From assembly GCF_009834535.1 (NCBI RefSeq), contig NC_045696.1:33358001-33422000 (forward strand): a stretch of DNA of 64,000 bases. Direction: 5' to 3'. The notes beneath the pieces were generated by a model. It was given only the letters and a program-made list of their open reading frames with translations, made no database searches and was not told the origin of the DNA. The position numbers and the translations under genes were made by a program. Below are positions 1 through 12,659 of the stretch, one piece after another. How positions within the stretch are numbered: the first letter of the stretch is position 1; each line of letters starts with the position of its first letter. The DNA comes from Camelus ferus. Lineage: Eukaryota.

Positions 1-668
1 ATCTGTTTTGCTGACTCTTTATTGGCTTCTGTCAACAAGGAGTTGAAAAAGAGTGGAAGGCTAGAGAAGGAAGAAAAGATATCCCTTCTTTGCCCTTAAT
101 GCTTCTGCCAACATCACTACACAAATATTTCTGTTAAGGTTCATTCATCATCATTGTTCCTTCTTGGTTGCTTTCTGTCTACTTCTTGTCTCTGTGAGCA
201 TGACCCTAGCAACGTTTAACCCAAGAAGCACACAGTTCCTTTCTATCAAAGAGGAATCAAGTTTGCAGTTTTTTCTGCATGCATAGACTCAGTCTGATCA
301 TGCCCCACTCTGAGACACCAATAGTAGAGGCTAGAACCCCCTTCTTAAATGTCCCGCCTGCATAACAGGCAATTAAGTTTCTTCCTCCAAGGTCAGAAAC
401 TTCAGTGACATCGTCTAACACCTCCTCCTCCTCAGAAGCCAGAGTTTCAGCTCTGTGGGGCTCCTTGTCTAAGCTTCTGTCTTAATAATTTAAACCTCTT
501 CCTTTTATCCTCCAGTCTTAGGGGTGGTAGGTGTTTCACTTTAGCGATGATAAACTTAATATTTCTTCTTGTCTTTTAAGTTACCTTTGTATAGATTCTC
601 TATTTAAATTCTCTCTGTTCAGGTATCTGGTGTGGTTAATTTCTTGTGACTAGACTTCGACAGAGGAT
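1..668 (+). mobile_element. Old ERVL-class solo LTR (LTR33/LTR41-like), start lies outside the window
   Basis: Motifs ctgtgagcatgaccctagcaac and ctccagtcttaggggtggtag, and the end tttaaattctctctgttcaggtatctggtgtggtt...tgactagac, resemble the LTR33/41 3' end; recognised by eye. Confidence 0.5.
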
Positions 669-964
669 AGCGTTACCCACTGGATAGATTGTTTCCATTT
701 GTCCAGCTGAAATTCCTGTAAGAAGGAATTTATTTGGCTTAGAATATCTTTTTCTGCTAGCATCCCACATTTTGACGGATCTTGGATTACGAGCCTACTC
801 TTAAACATACCTCATGTAAATGAGGGTAATGCAGTAAAAAACACCCAGTACAACTCATGACCACCTAAGGCCATATTTTGAGTGAGGTCATAAATGGAGC
901 ATCTTTTAAGAGGCTAGGAGCATATCAGGAACTGCGACTCACAAGTTTAGAATAAGCTACTCGC

Positions 965-1055
965 TCCTCACTTGCAGGGGAATTGTGGGCATTAAATGAA
1001 CTGTAGGCAAAAATGCCTTATATGGTAACTGGTATGTGTTTGGTGTACTGTTCTT
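965..1055 (+). mobile_element. MIR fragment
   Basis: aattgtgggcattaaatgaa...aaatgcctta...ctggtatgtg resembles the MIR core/3' region. Confidence 0.45.
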
Positions 1056-2621
1056 TAATTCTTTTATCTTTCAGTTTGTTGTGTACATGTAGGAACAGGT
1101 ATCTATTCACATATATTTTTTCCATAAACTTAAAGAACTAGTGTGGACAGAATGGAAGACATATGAGAGTCTTCAAGCCATTGGTGTGCACCATTGGCTG
1201 TTATCTCTTGGATGGTTATAAGTCCTGGGCCAAACTGATCTAGATACTGATTATACTCCTGGGAGATTGGATACTGGTGCCTCCAAACTAAACTCCAAAT
1301 AAATTACATATGTATCTGCTCTGCTTATAAACACTTGTTTAATCCTGATGCTCCAGAATTCCAAATGTGAAACAGGCATGACCTTTGGGTAATATTGTGA
1401 TTATGTCATGGGACTTTCCATTTTTAATAGTGAGGTCCATTAGCATCTATTTATGGGTCCATCAAAAGCACTGATAATTACTTTTTTTCAATTTTGACAA
1501 ATTAAAAAACAAACAGCCTTGCTAAAACTCTGTGCTTACTGCTTCAAGGAATGAGCAGTCAACAGTCTTTTAGAAGCTGCTCAATTTTGTGCCAAAGCCA
1601 TTCTTCTGAATGAACCGTACACAGTTCATTTCAGATATATTGATTTCACCGATTCTACTGCAGTGAAAAGATAAGGAAATGGGATATCAAGGTTTAATTT
1701 CTCAGTCAGTGAAGTCTTTAATAATTTCTAGAGGTTCTCCTTTATTGGATTTCAAACTCGGCTTTGCTTATTAGATTTATAGAGTTCTTTTCCTCCAAAG
1801 AACACAGAACTCGGTTCAAAGGCTTTGGAAATAGTAACATTTAATATAGTAAAAGTGAAAAGACACATATTAAAAATGAGAAGGTGCTGTGTAGGCAGGA
1901 GGGTTGGGATGAAACAGTAGAAAAACTAGGTAACAGAAAATTTGCAAATCCTGTCAAGGGTGTTTTTGCCAACTCTCTGAAAGACGGAAGAAGTAATAAT
2001 CTGTGAGTCTCCACATAAAGAGAAAAAGAGATAAAGACTCTGTTAAATTGATCATGCTTTATCCACTCTCTGTTTTTTTTATTTTGCACCATTATGGATA
2101 AAACTTGATGTGGAACAGCTTAACTAGCAAATCTACCTGTAATTATATACTCTTCAAGGTTTCAAGCTGCTAAATGGGAGACAGAATTCAGTAGTCTGAC
2201 CTCTTTCTATTTATGCTCTTATCACTTTCTCTCTTTTTCTTTTTTATGTTCTTTCATCCTCAGAAAATCCATTTAAATGTCAAGGACAGATGGGAAAGCA
2301 ATAGGGCAGTGAGATCAGTTGATGCAATTCCTTTTTAGTAATTATGCTTAAGAAATATAAATTGGGAGCTTGTACCAAGGATTTCAAAATAATTAAATCC
2401 ATGCAAGTGCTGTACAGAAGAAGTATGACTTTCATTTAGTAGATCATATTCTAAAAATCTTCACTTTCCAAAAAACTGCAAGTTATTGATAGAAGATGGT
2501 TAACTACTATGTGAATTTAATATATATCATATCATCAATGAGGAGAGTTAATTTCTCATTTCATGTAATTACTCTTTTAATTAATTTTCAGAATATTTAT
2601 GCATATGTCAGAATTGGATAC

Positions 2622-2739
2622 TAATAATTATTAAATGTCCCTAAATAACAGTCACTGTTCTAGATGCTTGATAATATTTATCTCATTTACTCTTCACTAA
2701 AACCTTATAGATTTGCTATTTCCACTTTTCAAAGATGGA
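2622..2739 (-). mobile_element. MIR fragment
   Basis: cactgttctagatgcttgataatatttatctcatttactcttcac...ccacttttcaaagatg matches reverse MIR core. Confidence 0.5.
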
Positions 2740-4231
2740 TTGGAAGTACTTTCACTTCCTATTCCTCCCACTACATAGAAACCCCAAGATGCTGTATGAA
2801 AAACAAACTCTGAAATGTGGAGAGAAGACAGACTAACTAGGAGCCCTAGGACCCAAGGAATGGTGATGAGATCACAGGTTTTCTTTTTGTCCCATTGTCC
2901 CCAGACTTGGTACTGGAGAAGCTAGCAATCCAGAAATGCCAATAGTCACAGATAAACAAACAAAAACTGGCTCTCCTCAACCAAAGGACAAGGAAAAAGG
3001 CCAGTGCAATAGGACAGAAATATTTGAGTTAAAAATCATCTATTTCAAGCAAACATCACATAAAAATCTGTGGCCCTATTTCCATCCCCCAGCAGCTAAG
3101 GCTGAGTGGGGAGCCAAGACTTCCACATCCATCAGGCTGCATGAGGCACCCAACCTACTGCTGGCGTTACATCAGAGAAGCCTGATTAAGGAGCCAGATT
3201 TCTCATCTCCCCACTCAGGGTAAATGGAGATCAGATGGGGAGCCTGCACTCAACCTTGCCCTGTGAAAATGAGTTACCCTCCCTGCTGGGGTGACATCAG
3301 AAAAGGCTTTGTGGAGAGACAAGTCTTTCACCACCAGTTAACATTAATGAGCTCTCACTTCTCACCAATCAGAATGGCCATCATTCAAAAGTCCACAAAT
3401 GATAAATGCCGAAGAGGGTGTGGAGAAAAGGGAACCCTATTACACTGTTGGTGGGAATGTAAATTGGTGCAGCCACTGTGGAAAACAGTAATGGAGATTC
3501 CTTAAGAAACTAAAAACAGAGTTACCATATGATCCACCAATCCCACTCCTCTGCATATATCCAGGGAAGACTCTAATTTGAAAAGACACACGCATCTCAG
3601 CGTTCATAGCGGCACTGTTTACAACAGTCAAGACATGGAAACAACCTAAATATCCACCAACAGATGATTGGATAAAGAAGTTGTGGTATAAAAAGATTAA
3701 AAAGCTAAAGAGCTAACCTTTTCTTAGAAGCAATAATCAGAACATAATATGTAAACTAAAAAAAATGTTCAGCATACTGTATATATGTATTTACATGCAA
3801 TAAATGTGTATGTGCAGTCAAACTGTAATAATTCTACCTAATAAAACTGAAAAAGGAGGAAAAAAATAGATGTATATATTTTTAATTAAGTTTAGTAACA
3901 ACTAGTTTGTTATGGCCCAAGAAACTGTAGAAAATATTGAACAACTCAATCAACAGAACATTCCATTTCTATAAAATTATTTTGCAATATCTTCCTTAAT
4001 TAGCAAACTGATTTGTGTGTTAGCATCAACTCTGACTACACTGGAACGGTTAATCCTCTTATCTTATTTACATTTCCAACACAACATCTTGTAATTTTAA
4101 TGCACAGTAGTTTGAAAATCTATGCATTGCCTTAAATAACAAACTTTTCTCCTGACTATAACTCAACATAATGGTCCTTCTCAACACCTGCATATGATAT
4201 AATCTGTATACAAGCGCACAAGGACAAGACT

Positions 4232-5846
4232 TTCAGTTACTGTACACAGCCCTACAACTATCACCACAATCCACGTTTAGGACTCTTATCATCACATCAA
4301 AGATTTCCTTCTGCTTATTGCAATTGTATTAGAGTTCTCAAAAGAAACAGAACCAATAGGATATATAGATAACAGATTTATAAATGTATAGATGATACAT
4401 GTCTACATAAATACACAGTATATAAAGAGAAGACTTACTATAGGAACTGGCTCATACCAACAAATGCCACAATCTGCTGTTTGCAAGCTGGAGAACCAAC
4501 AAGCCAGAGGTGCAATTCAGTCTAAGTCTCAAGGCCTGTGAATCGGGGGCTGAAGATGTGAGACCTGGTCTGTGTGTGAAAGCCTGAAAACTAGGAGCCC
4601 CAGTATCCAAGGACAGAAAGATGGCCATCTCAGCTCATGCAGAGAGAGCAAATCACTCCTTTTCTGCCTTTCTGTTCTCCTTGACTCTCAAAGGATTGGA
4701 TGCTGCCCTCCCACAGTGGGGACTGCCATCTGCTTTACTCAGTTCACCAGTTCAGATGCTCATCTCTTCCAGAAACACTATCACAGACAGGCTCAGAAAT
4801 AATCCTTTTCCAGCTCTCTGGTCTTTTCTAGAAAAATCATATTGCCTTTTCTAGAAATTTCATATAACGTATCATGCATGAGATAGTCCTTTTTATCTGT
4901 CTCCTTTCATTTAGCATGGTTTGTTTGCGATTTGTCCCATGTTGCGCATGTCTTAGAGGTGTTTTTTGTTTTTTCCCCTGAGAATATTCTGTTTTATGAA
5001 TTTACCATATTTTGTTTATCCATTAAACAGTTGATGAACAGTTGGATGATTTCCAGTTATGGGCTATTATGAATAATGGGATAATGAATATTTATATAAA
5101 AGTTTGCATTACTATTTCTTTTGAGTAATAAAATGTGGGTCATGTAGTAACTGTATGTTTAACTTTTTAAGAAAGAACCAAACTATTCTAAAATGACTGC
5201 AGTGTATGAATGTTTCAGTTTTACATCCTTGCCAACATTTACTATTAGTCTTTTAAAAATTTTTATCCATTTTAGCAGTATCTCTTTTGGTTTTAATTCA
5301 CATTGCCCTAATGGTGTCTCATTGTAGGTTTAATATGCATTTCCCTAACGACAAATGATGCTGAGCTATTTGTTTATCATCTTTGTAAAGCACCTATTCA
5401 AATATCTTGCAATTTTTTTCTGATGAGGAGGTTTTATTATTGAGTCATAGAGTGTTGTATTTATTTTGGACAAAAGCCCTTTATCTGATATATCCTTTGA
5501 AAACATTTTCACTATTTTCTTACTAGTATGTTTGAAGAACAACATTTGTAATTTGACTAAGTACTATAAAATTTTCATTTATTGATTGTGCTTTTGACAT
5601 CATATTTAAGAACACCTTGCCTACCTAAAAGGTCACTTAAAGACTCCTATTTTTTAAAATAAGTTTTGTACCCCTTACTTTTAGGTCTACAACCCATTTC
5701 AAGTTTATTTTTGTTAAGTGTGAGCTAACGGACAAGGTTAATTATTTTTATATGGATAGCCAATATTACTAGGACCATTTTTGAAAATACTATTATTTCC
5801 TTTATTCATCATCTTGTCTTTATCAAAATAAATAGATTGCATATGT
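4232..5846 (-). mobile_element. Old L1 (L1M-type) 3' region, antisense, carried inside the 3691-5855 insertion and interrupted by MLT2
   Basis: tttgtttatccattaaacagttgatgaacagttggatgatttccagttatgggctattatgaataa and downstream sequence are typical of a reverse L1 3' end and ORF2. Confidence 0.75.
4325..4821 (-). mobile_element. MLT2-type ERVL LTR
   Basis: tgtattagagttctcaaaagaaacagaaccaatagga...gcaagctggagaacc...ctgctttactcagttcacc...ccagaaacactatcacagac. Confidence 0.85.
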
Positions 5847-5865
5847 TAAAAAAAAGAAGTTGTGA

Positions 5866-5866
5866 T

Positions 5867-5898
<32 letters not shown>

Positions 5899-5906
5899 TA
5901 CACACA
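5866..5906. repeat. (TA)n(CA)n microsatellite inside the L1 3'UTR
   Basis: Seen directly. Confidence 0.9.
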
Positions 5907-7332
5907 ATGGAATACAACTCAGCCAAAAAAAAAGGGGGGGAATGAAATGCCATTTGTAGTAACATGGATGGACCTAGAGATTATCATACTAAGTGAAGTA
6001 AGTCAGAGAAAGACACATATCATGTGATATCACTTATATGTGGAATCTAAAAAAAAAAAAAAAAGACACTAATGATCTTATTTACAAAACAGAAGAATAC
6101 TCACAGACATAGAAAACAAACTATGGTTACCAAAGGAGAAAGTGAGGGGAGGGATAAATTAGAAGTTTGCAATTAGCAGATACAAATTACTATATACAAA
6201 ATAGATAAACAACAAGGTCCTGCTGTATAGCACAGGGAACTATATTCAATAGCTTGTAATAACCTATAATAAAGAGGAATAAGAAAAAGAATATATATGT
6301 TTAACTGACTCACTAGGCTGCACACCAGAAACTAACAAAACATTGTAAATCAACTACACTTTAATTTAAAAAATAAAACTTATGAATAGTTTATTTCTGG
6401 ATAAAATACTTTACAAAAGATTGTGGAAAAAAAAATTCATAATGAGCCCTCCGTCTTCCAGCAGGGACAGTGGAAATCATGTGAGGAGGAGTAACAGGGA
6501 TTCTTGCCCCTCCAGGCTATTGTGGCCTCCCCAGCGGCATTATTGGCAGCTGAAAATCTCACTCCCCACTACGCAATAATGAGGAACCCTCTCTCCAACC
6601 CCAGGTGTCAGTGGTAGCCAAGAAGGGGACTTGGACTTCCACAACTACCTGGAAGTAAGGAGGTACGACTCACTCCCTTTCCCCTTCTGGAGTGATGTCA
6701 GAAACACTAGTTAACATAAAGAAATAAAAGAGTTAAGATACAGAGTCTTATAACAAATTACTCAAAATGCTCAATTTTCAAATGAAAATCACTTATCTAA
6801 AGAACGAAGAAAATTTCGACTTCAATGAAAAAAAGCCAATCAATAGATATTATCACTGGCATGTATGTCAGATACAGTGGACACATCTGACAAGAACTGT
6901 AAAGCCATCATAAAAATATTTCAACTGGCAATTATGAGCAAGATTAAAACTAATCAAAAATAGAATATATCCTCAAAGAAATGGAAAGTATCAGCAAGAA
7001 AATAAATGCTATAAAGAACCAAATGTAAATTTTATAACTAGAAAATATAGTAACAATAACAACAAAGAACCCAAAATGATGGGCTTAACAATAGAAAAAC
7101 AAAAGAAAAGAATCAGGGAACGTAAAGCTTAAAACAATAGAAATCACCCCATCTTAACCTTACACAAAGTAGACTGGAATTATAATGAACAGAGCCTCAG
7201 GAACTTGTGGGACAGTAAAAAAGATTTGGCAACCATATGATTGTAATCCATAAAAAGAAGAGGGTGAGGCTGAAAAAGTTTTCAAAGAAATAGTGGCTAA
7301 CAATTTTCCACATCTGGCAAAAGGCACAAATT

Positions 7333-7588
7333 GACAACAGATAAAATTGGTGAAGAGGATTAAAAGGCACAAACTTCCAGCTATAAAATAAATAAGTCAT
7401 GGAGATGTGATGTACACTTAGGGAATATAGTCAATAATTTTGTAACAACTTTGTATTGTGATGGATGGTAACTGGATCTGTTGTGGCAATTATGTCTTAA
7501 AGTATAAACATATTGAATCACTATGTTGTACACCTGAAACTAACATAATATTTTATGTTAAGTATAACTTAATTTAAAACATATTTTT
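7333..7588 (+). mobile_element. Short L1 3'UTR insertion (L1MA9-like) within the old L1 ORF1
   Basis: caaacttccagctataaaataaataagtcatgg...gaatcactatgttgtacacctgaaactaacataat; approximate TSD aaaag(g/a)cacaaat at ~7319-7331 and ~7589-7601. Confidence 0.8.
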
Positions 7589-8970
7589 AAAAGACACAAA
7601 TCAACAGATTCAAGAAGTTTAGTAAACTCCAAACAGCACAAAACTAAAGAAACCAATGCCAAGAGACATCATAGTCAAAAGTCTGAAAATTAAAGACAAA
7701 AAAAAAATAATAAAAGCAGAAGATAAAGGGGAAAAAAGGTATTTAGATCAGAAGGGAAAAAATAAAACTGTCCCTATTTGCAGATGACATACGGTCTTTG
7801 TCTGAAGTCCAAAGTGATCTACAAAAGTAATTCCTAGAACTAATTAGAAGGTACAGCAAGTTTTCAAGATACAAGATAAATATACAAAAATCAATTGTAT
7901 TTCTTTATACTAGCAATGAATAGATAGACATCAAAATTTAAGAATATAATACAATTTACAATTATTCAAAAAAAGAGAGAAATATTCAGATATTAACCTA
8001 AAAGAACAAGCACAGTACTTATATATTGAAAACTACAAAATCCTAATAAAATAAATCAAAGAAAGTATATAAGTAACTGGAGAGACATATTTGTCCATAT
8101 ATTGGATGACTATCCATAGTAAAGATGCCAGTTCTCCTTAAACCATTATACCAGTTTAACACAATTCTTACCAAAATCTTCTGCAAGACTTTTTGTAGAT
8201 TTAGCAGGATTATTCTCAAAGTTCTGTTTCAAGGTTAAAGGAATTAGAATAGCTAAAATAATTTTGAAAAAGGATATTGAAGTGGGAGAAATTACTCTAC
8301 CCTATATTAAGACTTTTATGTAGCTATAGTACTCACGAATCATGGTATTGTTGGAAAGAAAGAAGCGTAGATCAGTAGAGCAGAAAAGAGAACCCAGAAG
8401 CAACATTATATAAGAGAGCCTTTTTTTCCAAAGGTGCAGAAGCAATTTAATGAAAGAAAGATAGTATTTTCAACAAATAGAGATGGCACAATCGACATCC
8501 ATAGGCCAAAACTTTTATCAAAGTCTCACAGGTTATACAAAAATTAAAATGGACCATAGAGTTAAATATAAAATGTAAAACTATAAAAATTTTAAAAGAA
8601 ACCATGTGAAAATATTCTTGGGCATAGATTTTGGTGAAGTAGTCATAGACATAACCTCAAAGGTACAATCCATAAATGAAAAATTAATAAATTGGGTATC
8701 ATCAAAATTAAAATCTTTTGCCCTGTTAAAAGGATGAAATGAAAAACTCCAGATTGGGAGGAAGTATTTGCAAACCATGTATCTGATAAGAGACTCACAT
8801 GTAAGATATATAAAGAACTTTGTAAAAAAATACCTAAACAGTCCATCTGAAAAATAAACAAAAGGCATTTCACTAAAGATGCTATACAAATGGCAAATAA
8901 GCACATGAAAGATGTTGAACATCACTAGCCAGTCGGGCCATGCAAATTAAGACTAAGGAGATATTACTAC

Positions 8971-9508
8971 TGTGCTGGCGTCCACAAGACCAGGTCACTG
9001 ATTCACTAGAACTGATTCAGCATATATTCAAACTACAGCTGTGATTTATTGGAGTGAGATGATAAAAAGCACAATCAGCAAAGGGAAAATGTGCTTGAAA
9101 AGAATTCCAGTTGAAATCAGCTGTGAGCCTACAACAGTTCTCTCCCAGTGTGGTCACCCAGGATACACTTCCTTTGCCAATGAGGTGTGACAACACATGT
9201 GAAATGCTGTCTATCAGGGAAGCTCATTAGAGACTCATTAGAGACTCGGTGCCCAGGTTTTTAATTGGAACCTGGTCATACAGGTACACTCTGCCTAGCA
9301 TATTATCAACATTCTGGACTCCCGGAAGGAGAGCGGGTGTTCAACATAAACCAAAATGTACAAACAATTTCCCTACTGTGAGCCATTCTTATTAGGAAAT
9401 GATGGGAACCCTTTTTAAATCCAAGTTCCAAGATGCCAGCCAAGGGCCAACCTTACAAGCAATTTAATAACAGCAATCTCAAATCTGCTATGTTAGTTCT
9501 TCTGTACA
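8971..9508 (-). mobile_element. MER21-type solo LTR
   Basis: TG...CA termini; ccaagttccaagatgccagccaagggccaaccttacaagc...ctgctatgtta; 5-bp flanks actac/acaac; host L1 resumes on both sides. Confidence 0.8.
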
Positions 9509-12500
9509 ACAACATACCTATTCAGAACAGCTAAAAATTAGTAACAATGCTAAATTCTTGCAAAGATGTGGAAAAACTGGATCCCTACTATGTTCCTGAT
9601 GAGAAAACACAATGATTCAGCCATTCTGGGAAAACTAAGTATACGTTTACCATATGACTAGTAATTGTGTCTGAATATTTCTCCCAGAGATGTAAAAACT
9701 TATGATCACACAAAAATAGACACAGTTGTTTATAGCAACTTTGCAATAGCTCTAACCTGAAAACAATCCAGATGCCCTTTAATCGGTGAATAAACAAACT
9801 AGCACATACATACAATGAAATATAACTCAAGAATGAAAAAGAGTGAATTACTGATGTGTGCGACACTTGGACAGACTTCAAAGGCACTATGCTGAATAAA
9901 AAACCGCAGTCTCAAAGGTTACAACTTGTATGATTCGATTTATAAAACATTTTTGAAATGACAAAGTATGGATATGTAGAACAGATCAGTGGTTGTCAGG
10001 GGTTATGGATGGTGGGCAGGGAGAGGACAGATGTGACAAGCTAGCAAACATAACAAGCTAGCAAAAGGAAATCTTTGAGGTGGTACCAGAGTTCAACATC
10101 TTGACTGGTGGTGGTTACACTGCTCTACATATGTGAGAAAACAACATCGATTAGATCAATTCCCCAGTTTGATTTTGTACTATAATATGCAAAATGTAAC
10201 CAACGAAGGGAAACTGGGTGGAGGCTACGTGGGAACTCTCTGTACTATCTTTGCATCTCTGTACTGTTACTGTGAATCTATAATTATTTCAAAATAAAGA
10301 GGTAAAAAGCTATGGGTTACTAATTACCCTCATTTTAGAGATATCACAGTAGTGTTTCTGCCTCGATGAATTTCTAAAGTGCATGCTTGAGCAAGAGTAC
10401 AAACTACCCCTATCTGAACTGAAACATCAGTATCTTATTTATAAAAGATAAGCTAATATGTTATCCTACAAATTAAAAAGGAAACATTTTAGAAATAAAG
10501 AGGAAGATTAAAAGCCATAATTTCTTACCAGTTAACTTAAATCTGGAAAAAAGTAGGGTACGATTGCTATAAAGAAAAACTTTTCAATTGTGCCCACATT
10601 TTTAATGTCTTGATCCTATATTATCTCCTAAGCATTAGAGTAGAGCCTTTTTATACTTTTTAAAAAACTTAATCTTCAAAACAAACAAAAACTCTGCAAA
10701 GCAGACATGTATATGTTACGTATAAAGGAGACCAAAATGTTTCTGAGTCTAAATAACTCACCCAAGATATCAGAAAAAGTTCTTTGTGTCTATATATCAT
10801 CCTTTTTTAAATTAATGTACTTTTTGACATTAGAAGACTAATATAATTGGTTGCTTAATATAATAAACTAATTATAATTATATAATATAAAATGATAAAT
10901 TACTATATCTTGATTTAATATACCAACAGCTATACATATTATTCAAATTTATCTTCAGTTTATGTATTTTAAAAAAAATCTCTTGAAATCAAACATAAAT
11001 TTACTCTCTTCATAGGTATTTTACTATTTTTCTTTCTAACAAGAATTGATAAAAAAAAAATTCCAAGCAAAAAAATTCTATCTTTATGAAGCATTACCTA
11101 CAAAATCTAAAAATTAAAATAAAATAAAATTTTATTGAGAATATTTAAATTATAATATATCAAATAAAGGATTTCTCATATATTAGAAAATGGAAAATGC
11201 ATGCAGTATTGTGTTAAGCAACCAAAATTTACAGTTATGATTATACTTATGAGTGTATCACCTATATTAGTAAGAACTAAAAACTGTATATCTGAAAGTC
11301 ATTAAAATTTTTGAATGGTAGAATTTTCTTAAAAGTTTTAGTTAATACTGTTTCATTATTTTTCAGTACTATTTTCTAGAAATTGTTTAAAGGATATTAA
11401 AGAGTTTTATTTGATAGCATTTAATTTAGAGAGAATAATTGGTATAATGTAAAATCTGTTTAGTCTTCTAGACACACTTTTGTGCTCTGTACAGTATGCC
11501 AGTATTCAAAAGAAAAAAGCACTGCCATTTAGAAAGACTGGGGATAAAAATTTACAAACTGATATTTATAATAGTTAATAATATGTATAACTGAGTATTC
11601 ATTGAACAAAATATAATGAATATCACAAATACTTTTGGAGCCAATTAAAAAAGACAACTAATACGATGTTTGAGTCACAGTGGAATGGGGTCATAAGGGC
11701 TCTGAATAATTTTAGAAAGATTGCTTTTTATTTCAATCCTGAGGTTACAAGACTGCTTTAGAATAGGCTACACAAATTCGCATACCATTTATCTCACTTA
11801 CCCCTATTTTGTCTTTCCTAATTTCTTTCCTTAGCTTCATAATTAAGCAGATTTGGTTTAGAAGTAAGAGTTGGGCAGATAGGGCAGGTTTATACTTCCC
11901 CATCTCCTCTATCGACCACCACTTTACATCTTTATAGTATGAACTCTCAGCTGTATGTGAAGACTTAGAGCTGCGAAGAAATATAGGGAGTTGTGTTGGG
12001 GGTGGCAGGGTTGAGGGGCACCAATTAATTATATTTCTAGAACTTTGCTGAGGAATGTTGATACTAACAAGAATGAAGTCTAGAAATAGAAGAATAAATT
12101 GTGCAGCTTTTCACCCATCTTGAATAAGTATCTCTCTCACTGTCCAAAAGACACAGAAATCTAAGACTTCAAATGTATTATATAAAATAAATAGCAAAAG
12201 CTATAAAAAGTTTCTAATTACAGAAGTTTCTGAAGTCTGAATGCCACTCTGGAAAAAATACATTTAAAATTCCCATATTTCACCAATTTTTGAGTTTATT
12301 TTGATCTTTCGTGGAGACTTTTCAGCAAGAACACCATAGATTTTTTCAATTACTGTCTCCAAGAGTAAAAATGTAGAACATATATTTAAACCTTGCCCTT
12401 ATACTGGCATTACAAGAAGGCACAAATCACAATTGGTGGGACAGGAGGGAGTATTTTACTTCAACAGGCAAAACTCCATCCGTAGTTAAGAAAATGTATG

Positions 12501-12659
12501 ACTGTGGACTAATTTTGTTTACAAAATTTGGACTTTTTCTCCTTGCTACTGTATTTAACACTAGAATAAAGAAATAAACTTGATTAGTGAAAAAGTAGCA
12601 AATATAAACTCTACAATTAACATATGAAAACTGAGTTCCACCACAACATTGTTTTATTG

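Larger units (their letters stand above)
3691..5855 (+). mobile_element. TPRT-type insertion: probable short L1 3' end (3691-3867) plus ~2 kb of 3'-transduced genomic DNA
   Basis: Flanking duplication aaagaagttgtg at 3674-3685 and 5853-5864; AATAAA plus A-rich tail at ~3839-3867; second AATAAA at 5827-5832 followed 15 nt later by an A-run at 5848-5855. Confidence 0.75.
3345..6378 (+). mobile_element. Lineage-specific L1, 5'-truncated (ORF2 C-terminus plus 3'UTR), split by an insertion at 3691-5852
   Basis: ORF track peptide [41 protein letters not shown] is the L1 ORF2 Cys-rich C-terminus; the L1 stops at aagaagttgtggtata (3690), resumes at aagaagttgtg...caatggaatacaactcagcc (5853 onward) and ends tgtaaatcaactacactttaatttaaaaaataaaa. 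Confidence 0.9.
2740..10288 (+). mobile_element. Old L1 (L1MD-like): 5'UTR, ORF1 remnant, large internal deletion, 3' half of ORF2 and 3'UTR; interrupted by three insertions
   Basis: ORF1-like A-rich decay at ~6900-7730; RT motif tttgcagatgac (FADD) at 7777-7788; ORF2-like sequence to 8970; 3'UTR ending tgtgaatctataattatttcaaaataaa. Confidence 0.75.

Noticed and set aside
1535..1665. Minus-strand AG/GT-bounded block (cttttcactgcag...gtaagc)
   Set aside because: Stops in all three frames and no partner exons on the minus strand; likely a chance pseudo-exon.
2936..3631. Adjacent 95-aa and 93-aa ORFs resembling a two-gene unit
   Set aside because: They lie in an old L1 5'UTR and run across the junction into a younger L1 ORF2 tail.
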